Under the pieces are notes generated by a model. That model was given only the letters and a program-made list of their open reading frames with translations. It had not been told where the DNA came from and did no database searches. The position numbers and the translations under genes were made by a program. DNA of 64,000 nucleotides, taken from contig CM022672.1 in assembly GCA_012295275.1 (NCBI GenBank), positions 33,046,001-33,110,000 of the forward strand. The letters are read 5' to 3'. This DNA is from Chrysomallon squamiferum. Its lineage: Eukaryota > Animalia > Mollusca. Shown here piece after piece: positions 1 to 27,318 of the stretch (position 1 is the first letter of the stretch; each line of letters begins with the position of its first letter).

Positions 1-663
1 CAAATAACATAGTAGACTAAATGTTTTTGTTATTTTAAATTGTTTTTTCTTGTTTTTCATAGTTAAAAAAAGGCTATATACAAGATTTTAACTACAGACA
101 TGTATTATTGTGTTTGTGTGTGTGTCTTATTTAACAAAATTTAGTTTCTGCAGCAAATTGAAAAAACCAAACAAAACATTTAGAGTGAAAGAAATGAAAT
201 ATTTGACATAAAAATGAACTGAAACATATCAATCAGTCAATCAATAAATCAGTAATAAATAAATAAATTACAATGAATTTAACTATTTGATAGCAATGCC
301 ATAGAAAATTATTTACAGTTTTATGCAGTGTTTGACAAATACTATCATTTAAGATAACTCAATTAACAAGGGAGACAATCCACTGCCATCCAAATCTTTA
401 TGGCTTCCTCTTTTCCAATAAACAGCAAGGGATCTTTTTATATAAACTAACCAACAGACAGGACAGTAAATACCATTACCTTCTTTAAAACAAGTCATGG
501 AGCAGTGGTTGGAACTAGAAATATTTAAATGATTCCATTGACAAAGATCGATCTGGTGACCCACTGCACTTTGAGAAGATGCTCTGCTACTGAACTCTGT
601 GTCCCAGTTCTTTTCATCATTTACAATATATTTCTTTTTTTTTTTTATATTGTTATTACTAAC

Positions 664-2348
664 CATGCATATCAGACAAAAACTGCCTCATTTTCATCAC
701 CATTTTTGATCTGAGTCGAAGGTTTCTTTGCATTTCCTGTTGTCGAAGGTCAAGGTAACGATACTGCATCCTCAGAGACTCCTTAACCTAAAACCAACCA
801 ATAGAAAAGTCTGTTACATATGAATTAATCAATCAGAAATACTTTTACATTTTTGTTACTGATGCAAGTTTATTTTCAGTGACACTTGAACATGAATTAA
901 TAAAAATATATATTTTTTAAAACATTATTAACTAATATCTGTAAATGTTTAAAATCCATTTGTGTGATTTATATAAAGTTTGAGGACCATCACTGAACAC
1001 ATTATAAAATAAAATCTGTAATTATTAATGTCTGTATTTGCTGTGAGACCACAAAAAGAAACAATTACACCTACAAGATTAACTATAGAATTACAAATAA
1101 TGATGATGATGCTGGCAACAACAACAACTCAACAATAATAATGATAATAATAAATATATTTAAATTGTTTTAATGGTGATAAGGGCAAAATTTAAATTGC
1201 ATTAATAGCAACATCAAAACAACAACAATAACAATAATAATAATAATATAATAACAATAATTTAATAATAGTAATAATAATAATAATAGTAGTAATAATA
1301 ATACGGAAAACAGAATTTAAAAATGAAAAAGTCTGACAAAACATAACACTTTACCTTGAAAAACTCTTTGATTTCAAAAGGTAGACTTGGTGTACATCTG
1401 TTTAGGAACTTGAAGATTTTTTATTACAACTTCTATGTCTCCTGTGCTCATTTTCTGAAACATAAATAGAGAATGAATAAGAGATTTTTTTTCATAAAAA
1501 GTTATTATTTAATGTATTTCAGGAAAGTGTCAAACGAAGTCTTCATTATGTCATATTTGAAAGGAGATTTTAATCATATTACAGCTTGGATTGCTCTTGT
1601 AGATTTCTAGAATGGGATATTTATCTGCACTTTTGAATATACCAGTAAGTAAGTATCATAAAATTTAATTATGCCAACAGTATTGCCTAGAATCAGTAAT
1701 TATGTTGACAAAGAAGATATAAAAAGATTAAATAATAAAATGATGATGATGATGATGAAAATACTAATAATGTAATATTTTTATAATATGTGAAGTCTTT
1801 ATCTGACTACATTCATTCATATACAAACATATGCACACTGACACACATCACATACACACACACATACACAGTCACACATAGATAAATGTTTCTTTATTCT
1901 CTAATAAATGTTTAGAACAACTGATAAAAAAAAAAAAAATTCGGTAAGCAACAAAAACAACAAAATGATGACAGTGAAACCTGATTATTTATTTTTTGTT
2001 TGACCTTTTTATTATAGAAAAACAGCAACAACAACAATAATGATTATGAGTGATAAAACTATAATATTAATAATACAAAACACATTACAGTGAAACTCCA
2101 GAAACTGAATATTTATTTAGTTATTTAAATAATCTATGGTTATTTTTCATCATAAAAACAAAAGAAAAGAAACTCACATCTGTCACTCTCTAATGTACTT
2201 TTATAAATTTGGCAACAATAACGTCTTCTTATTGAAATCTTTAATAATTCATTTATTATAATGATTTACAATTCTATTACTGTTATTTATACTTATGCAA
2301 CAACAATTAATAATAATAATAATAATAATAATAGTAACAGTAGTAGTG

Positions 2349-2397
<49 letters not shown>

Positions 2398-2871
2398 AAT
2401 GTGTTTTAAGTAAAAGTTAATACTGACCTTATTTTCTTGACCTGGAGGTCGCTGTCTGACCTGACCATGAACTTGTAAAACTGATTCATATGGAAGATTT
2501 AAAACTTGCTCTGTTAATGTGTCTTTCTGTATTAAAAATGAAATAAATAACAATATCAACAACAACAGTAATAATAATTAATTATCAAATGCTGTAAATT
2601 TATTTTAACATTAAAGAGATAAATATATCAAGAATGTGTAAGATCCTTCGCTAAGTAATACAGTTATTTTTAAGATACATGAATATCCCTATTGTAAACT
2701 TTGTTATGAATATGTGAACAACTATATGAACAAAACACACACACACACACGTATGTATATGAACGTGTAAGATACTTCTCTAAGTAACATACAGTTATTT
2801 TTAAGTATATCAATATTGTAACCTTTCTTATGCATAATAGCTATCTGTGTGAATGTGTGTGATGGTGCCTA

Positions 2872-2913
<42 letters not shown>

Positions 2914-2972
2914 GTGTGTTTGTGTGTGTGTGTGTGTGTGTATATGTGTCTGTGCCTAAGTGAGTGCATGCA

Positions 2973-3007
<35 letters not shown>

Positions 3008-3020
3008 CCCAGTGCCCATA

Positions 3021-3069
<49 letters not shown>

Positions 3070-3874
3070 GAGAGTGTGTACTATGCTGGAACACTTTATC
3101 TGTACCTGTTCTTCCGGGACAACCACCTGGGTCATTCCTTGCCAGTCCCTCAGGAGCAGAAAGAGTCCAAATCTCTGATACTGGAGCCAGCCACACAGAA
3201 CCACATCCTTCTCAGCATCAGTGAGTCGCAGCTCACCACACGTGTGAGTTCTTGCTGTGTAACTCACTTTATCTGAAACAGGTGAAGGGAGAACATTTTC
3301 ACCGAGATAAGAATCTAGTTATATTCGCATAGAAGTAATCTGTTATGCCTGCCATAGGCCAAAAGTTACAAATAGCAATTTCATGTGCAGATGTTTTAAA
3401 TGTATTATTTTCAACACACACACAAACATGCACACACTCACACGCCAACATCTGTTTATTTATTTATTGATAAAAAAACCACCCCAAAAACCCCAGATGT
3501 GCTTGGGTATCTTGTTTGTATATGTATCATGTATTTGCTTATCATTATATATGTGTATGTGTACAAGCCTTGATTTAACTTTTCTTACACTGGTAGGCCA
3601 GACATGTACACGTACAGAAATAGCACACACACACACACACACATACATACACACATACACACACACTGCGACACAGCATGCACAGTTTTCAAGTATAGTG
3701 AATATGACGCAACTTTTTTCGACAAGTATAAATTGACATCACGTTCGAATATTACCTGCTGTTAATTTAGAAGCGAAGCGATGATGAGCTAAACATATAT
3801 TTCTGGAGTGCAAAAGTAATCGTCTTGAGTAATTAATTACCTAAACAAATTGGTTTACATCCACTTAGAGACAT
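664..3874 (-). CDS. DARS2: Mitochondrial aspartyl-tRNA synthetase, 5' part (5 exons; gene continues beyond the left edge)
   Basis: Hand-spliced exons: 3874-3756 (presequence-like [25 protein letters not shown]; start uncertain), 3272-3106 (RTHTCGELR...[26 protein letters not shown]), 2526-2428 ([23 protein letters not shown]), 1454-1355 (MSTGDIEV...[10 protein letters not shown]; 1-nt frameshift), 787-664 ([25 protein letters not shown]). These are hallmark motifs of bacterial-type AspRS, and intron phases are compatible. Confidence 0.95.
2870..3066. repeat. Compound (GT)n microsatellite in DARS2 intron
   Basis: Long interrupted GT runs are directly visible. Confidence 0.95.
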
Positions 3875-5004
3875 GCTGGTGTTTTAATTTCGAGAACGAA
3901 AGTATGGTCTTGATCATTGCAGTACTTTTAACAAATCTGACCTTGGTTAGATAACTGGAACCAGTAGTTGAGGCCAAGAATTTTATAAAACATGTACTCT
4001 ATAATAAACGACCAAGCATGAAATCCTTTCGGATACAAATTACAACTTAGTATTTTATTCATCTTAGTTTTAAATGCTATGCCAAAACAAACTATTTTAA
4101 AACTAATTATTTATCTTATTCTTTTCATTTTAAATACTAGGTAACTGCTTATGATATCGGCTAATAATTTCATTTATAATAAATTCCAACTTTTATATAA
4201 TTTAGGAGTACAGTATGGATTTTGATTATTTAGGTAGGTGTTTATGTTGACATACAGTTGTCACAAGATATAAAAGTAACGGTCGAATAAAATTTAAAAA
4301 TTAATTCAAAATATTCTTTCATAAAATGTATTCGTGACATTGCAACGTTTAGATGTCAGAGTAAACAGGTCACTGACTGTCGGTAGTTTGCTGTCTGCTA
4401 TTTTATTGTTTGAAGATAAAATTATTTTTGTGAATGAACAATCATGTTGAGGACATGTATGTTATGAACTGGCATAATACTGTAATAATTTTTCGTTTTG
4501 GTTATTAATTATATTTTTTAATGTTTTCTGTACAATTTTTTTTCTATCAATAACAAAAGTAAGAGAGTTACATGGAAAAAAACATATTTACATTATAATT
4601 AAAACACTTAAGACTCACACTAAGACTTATATTGAATATAATACTTGATCCATGTTGATACATTCTAAATAGGGCTATCATACAGTTTGAGTTCTGATTC
4701 CATTTATTATCATTACAAGTGAATTTAATATCAGATAATTTTATAAGGATGATACTAATGTATTTTATGAATATATTTCACCGAGCAACAACATTTTCCA
4801 ATTTTCACACATCATTACCAATAAATATTACAATTTTTCAATGTCTGTTTAATTTCTCATTTTTATTTATTTATTTATTTTTTAGTTGACTTATACCAAC
4901 AACTTTCAACAGAACTGATAATATGAAAATAACAACAAAGAAGATAGTATTCAACTGTTTAAAAAGAAACCTGTGACGAAGAATAGATTTGTTTTCTCTC
5001 TGCC
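3875..5004. promoter_or_regulatory. Probable bidirectional promoter region between DARS2 and RABL6
   Basis: The two genes diverge with start codons about 1.1 kb apart. No specific core promoter element was identified. Confidence 0.55.
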
Positions 5005-17476
<12,472 letters not shown>

Positions 17477-19552
17477 TGAGAAATGTCTAATATTAATTAG
17501 AATAATTTAAAAAAAAATTAAAATTAAAATAAATATCAGGGTAAGTATTTGAGTTTGAAAATATTCAGATCCTGTGAGAGAGTTTTAGAGAAAGAAGGAG
17601 TGAGAAAAAGAATGAAGAGATCATAAGAGAAACTAAGAAAATGATGAGAGATGGACAATTCCTGCCATTGTTCTGTTTGTCTGGTGGAAGGAGATTATAC
17701 ATAAAAACTGAGATGTATATAAAAACCTAATAATATTTTAATCTTGTTACCTGTTGAAATAAAAAACAATTAAAATATTTTATTTTTTTAAAATAACCAC
17801 CAATAAATGGTGTAATGTTACACAAAAAAAAATTTAAAAAAAATAAAATTAAAAAAAGAAGTGAGAATTGTAAAATAAATGCATTGTTTGCAAGTTTTTA
17901 AATGTTTCAAACTTCATTTATCAAAAGTATTCAAAATGAAGTTCACTGCATCTGATTATCTAACAGAAGGACTTCTGTAATAAGTTAAATTTTAATATTT
18001 TCTGGTTTTGCTGTTTACCTACCATTTTGATGTGTGAAAATTGTGTGCAATATCTGCAAAATAACTGAAATGATTAAAAAAAAGCAAACCCAGATGATGT
18101 TATATCTGTTTTTGTACAAAATACCTAAACAAAAATTAACAACAAGCAAGGTATCCTAGCAGATTATTTCATTTCTTTTGTATATATCAGTTAATGAAGT
18201 AAGCCTGAGAAATATATGAGAGATACATCAATTAATATATTTTTAGCAGCAAGAGATGTGATATTTCATGTCTCAATTACACTAATATTGTTCTCAACTA
18301 ACAAACCTTGATTGTAACTAATTGGACAAAACCAACTGGATCAGTCGGCTAATATTTCTTCATAACAAAACTTTAAAGACAATGCTTTTTAATAATTAAA
18401 ATTTGCTCTTGTTATATTACTTTATAAGATATATATATATGTATGAAAGTTGTGATTGCTTAATCTTTTACAATATAAAATTTAAAAAATTTTCTCCAAG
18501 AGATTCAGGTCGTTTAGTCCACTTTTATGCTTTGCAAAGAATACAAAGTTTTTTAAACCGTTAGAAGTGTTGATTTTTAATTTTACTGAAAATTAATGTT
18601 TTTAAAAAGTTGAGAGAAAAGAATTTCTGGTAAATATTTAGGTTTTGCATGGCACAAAAATATTCTGAGAAATATATGTCATTATTAAAATGAGCACTTG
18701 ATTTCCAAAGATTTAAAAGTGTTGATTTTTTTTAAAAATTAGTTTTAAAAATGAGGATATTGAATCACCTGTTATTTATTTAGTTTTGCATAGCACAAAT
18801 ATATTCTAATAAAATATGTCACATGAACATGTACAGTTGTTTTGTAAAGAATGCAAAGTGTTTAAAGTTGTTTTGAAAATTTGGAAGTGTTGTTTTATTA
18901 TTTTACTTAAAATTTAAAAAAATAGGAAGAAAAATGACTGGTATTTATTATTTTTACAAGGCATTAAATTAGAATATGATTTTTTTTCTTCAAATATTTT
19001 GTTTATAATAATAATAAACACAGTTTACTGCAAACATTTTTGTTTTGGTGTGCGTGTTAGTGTGTATATGTATTTGTATTTTCTGTGTGTTTCGTGTTTC
19101 TGCTTCAATGTGTCTGTATGCATGTGTTTCTGTGCATAGCTGTATATATGTATGAGTGTATGTATCATGCACTTTTCTTTATCATTAGCAACTACTGCAG
19201 CAAACTCTTACTGACATTCATTTTGCAAGGAACTGTTTTGGGGATTTTTTTCAGCAATTTTCCATGTTAGGAAATAATAATAGTAAAATTCTGTTGCTTT
19301 TATAATATATATATATATATATATATATCTAGACAGAGAGAGAGATCAAGACGGAGAGTGGGAGACTTTAGTGAATTTTTTTTTTTTTCTCTGGTTCTGT
19401 TTGTGTCTTCTTTATACCATATCTTCTCAAAATACTGAACTGTCCAAACACGGACATAACATGTGAACAAGCATCTGTGTGATTTGTTTTTGTAGCCAGG
19501 AAGAACAAGGCTGGATTTGATTAAAACCTCTGGGTATCACTGTGAGAAGGGA

Positions 19553-19594
<42 letters not shown>

Positions 19595-21317
19595 ATAATT
19601 ATTCATAGTAGTGTGTCAAAAAGGCCTCTATATTTTTTCTCCATCTCTAAATTTGGTCCTGATCGAGATTTCATTCAGTACAGAGGTTAATGCAGAGTTA
19701 GGTTGTGATTACAAATGTTGAATATGCGAATATAACATCTGATGCTTTTCATTTTTAATTCAAATTCAACCATACCTCATTAAACTCAACATAATTACCT
19801 GTCTAAATATTTCTTCTAGCAATTTCTTTAACATGTTAATTTTTCAAGAGTATCTTTTTATCTTTATTTTTTATTATTATTGTACATTTTATTTTTATTA
19901 TTTTATTTTTAATTACCTTTTTTTTCTAACTGATAACTAATTTTAAATAAATCTGCAATTCATAAATTGTCAAATTTCTTTTCTATCTTGTTTATCCAGT
20001 TTCAGGATTTTCCTGGAAAGAAAATACATCACCTTTACAAATGTTAATACATTCTGCACAGCAGTGGTAACTCTCTGATAACAGAACAGGGTTTTCACAA
20101 AATCAGTCACATTTCATTTTTAACTCGTACTTTAATAAACACAGCTGATATGAAAAACAAAACAAAACAAAGCAAAACAAACAATTTTTATTAATTAAAG
20201 CTGTTGCCAAAATAATAAATTTAAATAGGAAATAAATGTAATTTCATTTTGTTCTTTGTTTTTGTATGTGAAATTAAAGTTAAAATAAAACTGACTAGTG
20301 CTTTCCAAATTATCAATAAATTAGTTATTCAACTATTACAGTACATTATAATATATAACAGAAAAACTAAACAAAAATAATTATGTTCAAAATAATCAAA
20401 ATAATCCATGTACTGAATTCTGTAAGTAATAAAAAAAGAAGGTATTCATCTAAAACAAGAGTTCTGCACCAATTGTGCTCTTTCTCATTTCTCTGTCCCC
20501 ACAGTCAAGTCTACAAATCTGTATGTACATTATTGGATGTTACATTTCATGCTTAAATCCTGCTTTAATAAACATAGAAGACATGAAAAAAAAGAGTTTT
20601 ATTTTGTTTATTAAGTTATAATGACCTCCTGCCAAAATATTATTTGATTTTTGTGGTATTTTATTACATTAAATTTTTTTTTTAAAAAACACACAAAAAA
20701 TGAAATATGTAACAAAGATGGGAGATCTACAAGAAAATACAAGTTTATTAAATAAAAAGAGATAAATATGTTGATACAAAAAAATCAGTCCATTACATCG
20801 GAAAAGGAGAAAAGTGATCTGAAAGAGAAGCCAAAAAGAAACTAAGAACACTCTACACACATGTAAAAAACCTGGCATTGATGAAAACAGAATTATTGAG
20901 GAAAGTCATATTTTAAAACAAAGTTTAAAACACATGAAACAATTACTGACAGATGAAAACAACTAAATCAGAAAAAATACCTATACACCAGAGACAGTTT
21001 GTTGTGTAAAGAATCTGTTGGTACCAGTTTTTGACAGAACATTTAATTCGCTTTTTTTTAAAGATCCCTTCCGAAAAATTAATTTTTCATTAAAATAAAA
21101 AGCATTCAACTTATGAAACATATTCTATTGTGTATACAAAGAGCTTCCTATGTGGATCTAGTAAGAAACGACTGTAATCCACATTTCTTCAATTATTCTC
21201 TAGTTACAGTTTTACTGATATCACCCACTGACATAACAAGAATTGGAATAAATAACAAATAAATATATAGATTAATCTTCTGTTATAGGACGGTTGTATA
21301 CAGTTTATTTAAACAAG

Positions 21318-24276
21318 TCAGATAAATTTGGCTGTAACAAAAATAAAATTATTAAAACAAACATTTATATTGTTATAACTATCTCATTTTAATCTACAAT
21401 TTTATGATATATTTTTAGAAATATAAAATATCTCAAAACAGGGATGTTATATTCTGTTTCATTGTAAACTGAACTAAAATGTTTATCTGCTGGTATTTAA
21501 TCAAAAAAATCTTTATTTTTAGAGATGTTTGGCAATGCACTTCAGGATAATTTATTTGTATTATTTAATTATGTTAACAAGAATGTTCAATATTTAAAAC
21601 CAATTGAAGTTTGTAAAATTAAGGTTATGTTTTTAAATTTATACATTATTAAGTACCATTGCTTCTACATTATGTGAATTTTTTTGAATTTCTCCTTTGA
21701 TAAAACTAAGTTGATTAAGATTCAATAAATGATTCTATTTATATTGTTTTACGTTAATATTATTTCAGTTGACTGACTATATTTGTGTTTGCTTTTACCT
21801 TGCAGATATATAACAAATATGGCAAGAACAATAATCCAGTATGAACTAGATAACTTCACTTGACCAGCAACTAAAAAATACAATAAATAACAAAGCATCA
21901 AATTAAATTCACACATTCATATAAACTTAAAAAATTAACTAAAGAATTTCAGTGACAAAAATTTCAATAAAGTATGTTTCTAGCTGCTTTAAATGTAAAG
22001 GATATTATGTAGATAGAAAGATATACAAGTCGCACAAAACAGGCAAAATTGATTAGTAATCAATAACATTTTAACTGGGTATTAACTATCCTTATGCTGC
22101 CAATAACAGTAGTTAAAAACAGATACACACCATCCACATTCTTTGTTAAATTCTCTTGAGGTTTTTTGGTTGTATTCAGAGAAGTTATGTTCATTGACAG
22201 TTCCATGCAGTGAAATGTGTTTCCTGAAAATAAAATATTAAAATACAATAGGTCTTAATACGTTCAGCTGTCGTTTTAATATGATTACTGAGTTCACGTA
22301 CATTTATAATATTTATGATTTTTACTCTTCCAGTTGTTGTGTAAGAACTGAACAAACATGTTCCTTTCGGATCTCTTTGTTGACGCCACAGGGATCAGGG
22401 GTAGACTACTCTCGATGAACATACATGTATTCCAGTATAAACCGATGACTGGTGACCAGACTATTGTTGTTTTTAATTCCGTAACGTTTTACTCGTTGAT
22501 TATTCAATTTAACAGAGTTTTGGAAATTCATGACGTGAATCCAAACGGATTTGGATGTTGTATGTTTGAGCGAATCGGATTATGAGATTCGCGAATTTAT
22601 AGCCCTGAGTGATAAGGTACTGCTAAACAAAACCTTTTTATATAACAATGTTGAATGTAAGAGAGAGCCTATTTTAACAGTTTCACTTTCAGTTGTAACT
22701 AGGTATTAAATAATGACATTTACTGTGTATATGTTGTGCAAAGTTGTAATAGCTTTAGTAATTTCATCTTTAGCTGTAAATCATATTATTGCTTACCTTT
22801 AGCTACAGGCACTGAACCATCAGGACAGGTGCCAGTCCAGCTACAGTGATCTTCATATCCATTTCCTTCAACAAATTTGTAGCCTACTTCACAGGAACAC
22901 TCAGAATTCTTTGTCTTAGTACAGTTTGTTTTTAACTTTTGGAAAGGATCATTACATGGATTGCACGGCTCACAATAAGCTGCTTGATTGTAAACCTCTT
23001 GAAAAGTTCCAGATGGGCATTCTTCACATACAGAATTTTCATAATTTCCAACACAATCCTTACTTTTATATGTTCCTGGTGGGCATTTGCAGCAAACTCT
23101 TTCTGGTTGATGTGCTATGTAAATTTTTGAACATTTTTCACCCTGAAAATAAAAACAGAGATTATTTCAATACTTACTCTCAAAGGAACAAGATCAAACC
23201 TATACTATTCTGTAAATCAACAACTACTTTTGCATATGTCACTCAATCAATTATGTATGGGCACATGATTACAAGTGTTTATATATATATATATAATTAT
23301 TTATTTTAGCTGGGAATATATTTATAACTAAGATACTGATATAAAAATAGTTTAACAGCATAATAATAATAAAAAAAAAATTTCCTTTCACAATTTAGAC
23401 CTGAAATTCATTCTGTAGGAAGCTCAAAGCTGGTTTTTTATTTTTATTATTTTTGTTTTCCTAGATAAACTGGTTTAAATTAGAGAGGTTGTGTAGAGAT
23501 GGAAGAACTTGTGTACTTCTGCTTGTTAGGGTATATAAGCCTACTGCACTATAGTACTAGACACATGGCCAAAAAGAAAAAAAACTCCAATACACCACTT
23601 AAAATTAATATGAATTAAACGCATATAGAACTTAAAAACAACAAAGAAGAACAAAACTTAAATTCATCAAAGGCAAGAAAAAAAATGTCATTCATGAACC
23701 AAACAAAAGAAACTGAAATTTATATTAAATGAATATAGAACTTAAAAACCACAAATAAGAACAAAAGCTTAAACACATCAAATGCAACAACAAGAAAAAT
23801 ACATTACTCACTTGTTGACCATGCCATCAAAGAGAACATTTAAGAAGTCATAAAAATATGCATTCATGAAAGCAAAGAATTATAGTGAAAATTTGGAAAT
23901 TCCTAGATCTACCAGTTTATTTTAAAAGTGTTTTAAAATTGTTTATTTTAAACCTACTTTTTACAGACTTATAAATGACTTCATGCATGAAAAATGTTTA
24001 GATAATCACCACTATTCAAATCTGAAGATCTGGAAACAAAAATTAAGTTATTTAGTTCTATACAATGTCTGATACCAAAATTGAGCATATTCCAAATTTT
24101 AGAAACTAAACATTTTTTTTCAGTTTAATAATGGAATACAGTTATTATGTGTTCATTAATACTATATAATTTGAGTAAACAGGAAATGTAGAAAAAATAT
24201 TTATACTCACCAGATTTGGTTGAATCAGTATCATCAGTTCTGCGATTATAAAAACAACAGTCAGGTAGTTGTTCAT
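21318..24276 (-). CDS. TNF receptor superfamily-like protein, copy A (signal peptide + Cys-rich TNFR repeats + hydrophobic C-terminus; about 197 aa)
   Basis: Exons: 24276-24211 (MNNYLTVVFIIAELMILIQPNL), 23142-22797 (GEKCSKIYIAHQPERVCCKCPPGTYKSKDCVGNYENSVCEECPSGTFQEVYNQAAYCEPCNPC...NCTKTKNSECSCEVGY...), 22223-22131 (stalk, NTTKKPQENLTK), 21870-21799 (VAGQVKLSSSYWIIVLAIFVIYLQ), 21331-21318 (AKFI*; this last exon is less certain). Splice sites are canonical, phases match, and CCxCPPG...C...CxxCxxGT is the TNFR_c6 pattern. Confidence 0.88.
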
Positions 24277-25328
24277 ATTTCTCAAGGAAAAGTAACACAG
24301 GCTTGATTAATTAATGGTGAGAATAAATTCTGTGTAACAGAATTTTCTTAAATATTGGTTATTTCAAATTTTATGTTGATTATGTCAGTTAAAGTGTATT
24401 ACAGTAAACCTCAACTAAAATAAATCGTCTCCATATATCGTCACTGTCTTCACCATTTTATACGCGTTGCATTCTTACGTCACAGCCAATGAGGTCGTAA
24501 TCCACTTTTTAAGGTCAAATTGCATTGGTAACTCCGCCTACAAAAATGCACCTTTAACAATGTATATAATATGTATTTAACCTGTGTTTATGTTATGCGT
24601 AAAGCTATGATAATAGCGGGATTGAGGAATGGGCATTTACTTTTGTCAGTCGCCAGTAGAATGGGCCTGTGCTATGTTTTGCTACGGGCTCCGCTTTGCT
24701 TATGTAGAATATTAAAGGAAAAATAATAATATATAACTGATTTCATCTTCTCAATTGCGTGTTAGGCATCCAGTGCGAGGGCCAGGGGTCGCGGGTTCGG
24801 AGCTCGTAAACAGACATTGTTGGTTCTGTCAAAGGTCAGAGAGAGAGAGAGAGGGCCAGGGGTCGCGGTAAACGATTAGTCACCACAAACTGGTCGATCG
24901 TTCTATGAAATAAAAAAAACCCACCTAAAATCATTGGTTCATGCTACCAAAAGTAATAAATATGTATGTAAACAATGAGTTTCATATTTGAATCAAAATT
25001 AAAAAAAAAAAAATCATCGATTCATGCTACCAAAAGTAATAAATATTAAATAACCGAAAAGAATGTAATGCATCTTTTAAGATCAAGCTGCATTGATAAG
25101 TCAGCTTACAAACAGGTCCACACACTGACTGCAAAACGATTCTTGTATCTTTTTTCTTTCCTTTTTTTTTTTTGTGTGTGCGGTCTGAGTGAAAAAACAA
25201 CTGTTAAGAGTTTATAATTAAAGGAAATATTACTGGACTTTAATGAATTTTACGAACGCTGACTCTGGGAGATTTTTGTCAAATTCAGTAACATAGAGTC
25301 TCATATAGTCGGACACATATTTATTATG

Positions 25329-25362
<34 letters not shown>

Positions 25363-26169
25363 TTAAATTTTTTTATTATTCTAATTCATATTTAGTTAAT
25401 TTAGTAAGAACTATTTTAAAAAAGAAGTAAATAATAATTAGAAAAATTCAAAATATGATTTCAACAAGAACTTGCTAAAAATGTACCTTTAACAATGTAT
25501 ATAATATTGAAAAAAAAAAATAATAATAAAAAATATACTAAAACAAACAAACAAAAAGAAACCTGAAGTTTAGGAAACATTATCTTTTTCATTTATTACT
25601 ACAACTATTTTTTTTATTAAATTATGTTTTAACTTTATTTTCTCTTTATATGTGTCTTATATACGTTATTATGTACATGTGTTTGTGTGGGTGTCTGTCT
25701 GTGATTATATATACACAATACATCCATCCATCCATCCATACATATATCTCTCAAGTTGGCGTCACATTAGCCACAGGTGGGCAAACTTTATATTTAAAAC
25801 CAGGACGTCGAGAAATCTATTTTGTGATGCTCTATTGCAGGTGAACAATGAGCCACTTGTATCGAAACGTTAAGAGTTATTATTATGGGCTTTTTGTTTG
25901 CTTTGTTTAACCTGGAATCATGTTAAGAGAATCCTCCGATTCAACCGTATTAGCTACACAATTCCGTGTCAAATGCGACGAAGTGTATATTGATTAGTGT
26001 AACACAGACACAAAAAATAAAAGTGACAGGCTGAAAGATATTTTATATTCTCAGTGTGTATAACCTCTACGCTACAGTTAAGTGATAAAAAAATTAATAA
26101 TAATAAAATTATAAACTGTTTTCTAAACTGTCTGTGGAGAATCAGAAAATATTACCAGTTACATTAAAA

Positions 26170-26625
26170 AATATTAATTAATCTGTTATAAAATAGCAAG
26201 TATAATGAATTGTTCATACCTATTATTTTTTATTTTATCATTAATTATATCAACAACAAAAAAATCAATAAATCAATAATAAAAAAAATAATAAATAAAT
26301 AAACAGATTTACAGTTATCATGAATAGGTTGTTCATAATTTCAGTGCAGGTTTGAAAGTTAACCTAATAATAATATAATTAGGAAATAATTTTAATCTTG
26401 TTACCTGTTCATATAAATATATATATATTTAAATAGCCACCAAAAATGGTGTTAGGTAACACACACACACAAAAATAATAATAAAATTAAAAATTAAAAA
26501 AAAAGTAGGATTGTAAAAATGCATTGTTTACAAGCTTTTTTGAAGCAATTGGATTAATGTTTTAAATTTCATTTATTCAAAATGACGTTCACCAGTATCT
26601 GATTATTTAACAGGACTTCTGTAAA
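26170..26625 (+). repeat. Duplicated fragments of the RABL6 last intron and 3' flank, lacking the coding exon
   Basis: About 26200-26340 resembles the repeat at 16890-17115; about 26360-26625 resembles 17722-17980. Confidence 0.8.
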
Positions 26626-27040
26626 AGCGACCAGGTAGTCAGGTTTCTGAATGGGCGAGGCAAATTAAATGGTGTCGGCTACATTTTGTTTATTTCCTGG
26701 ATGCAGGTTTGTAAGTTCTGCATTGGTTATTTCAAATTTTATGTTGATTATGTCAGTTAAAGTGTACTACAGGAAACCTTGCCTAAAATAAATCGTCTGC
26801 ATACATCGGTCACTGTGACGTCCACTTAAACATCATCCTTGATTACTGAGGCATACAGGTAGCTGTGGAATTTTCCTCAGCACACAGTTTAGAAGGAGGC
26901 GTCACAGACTGGAAGGGGGCGCGCCTGCCAGATGCACATATTTTTTCAAGTATTACGAGGTAGCTAGCAAAAAAAAAAAAAAAAAACAAACAAGAAAAAA
27001 ATAATGTTCACAAACACCTGCGCGTGAATATATACCATAA

Positions 27041-27071
<31 letters not shown>

Positions 27072-27318
27072 GTGTGTGTGTGTCTGTGTGTGTTATTTAT
27101 TTCCATTTTCAATTCATTACAGGTCACTGTATATGTAAAAAGCAAATTAACCACGTGTTATTTGAATGATTTCCCTGGCTTAGTCCCATATATTGGAATC
27201 CTATTTCGTAGAAAGGCTAAATGTGGTTCAGTGGTCTTATTGACATGTTTGGTTTTACCTCAGTCATTTTAATGAACTGTTCCAGATTATTTGGAAAGCG
27301 ATTATTATTGTATAAATA

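Noticed and set aside
2828-3736. ORFs rich in HT, CV, poly-I, poly-L, poly-Y or ER (also at 6329-6670, 8591-8792, 52591-52948, 63531-63879)
   Set aside because: These are translations of microsatellites; only the embedded true exons were kept.
22926-23309. ORF-track proteins over the TNFR exons (also 38837-39315)
   Set aside because: Antisense or off-frame shadows; the real Cys-rich frame is an internal exon with no start codon.
24770-24880. tRNA or SINE-like GGTCGCGGGTTCG B-box
   Set aside because: No cloverleaf or clear A-box; at most a small SINE fragment.
26866-26876. NF-kB-like site GGAATTTTCC between the TNFR genes
   Set aside because: A single short motif inside probable repeat-derived DNA, 2.6 kb from the nearest start; chance occurrence is likely.
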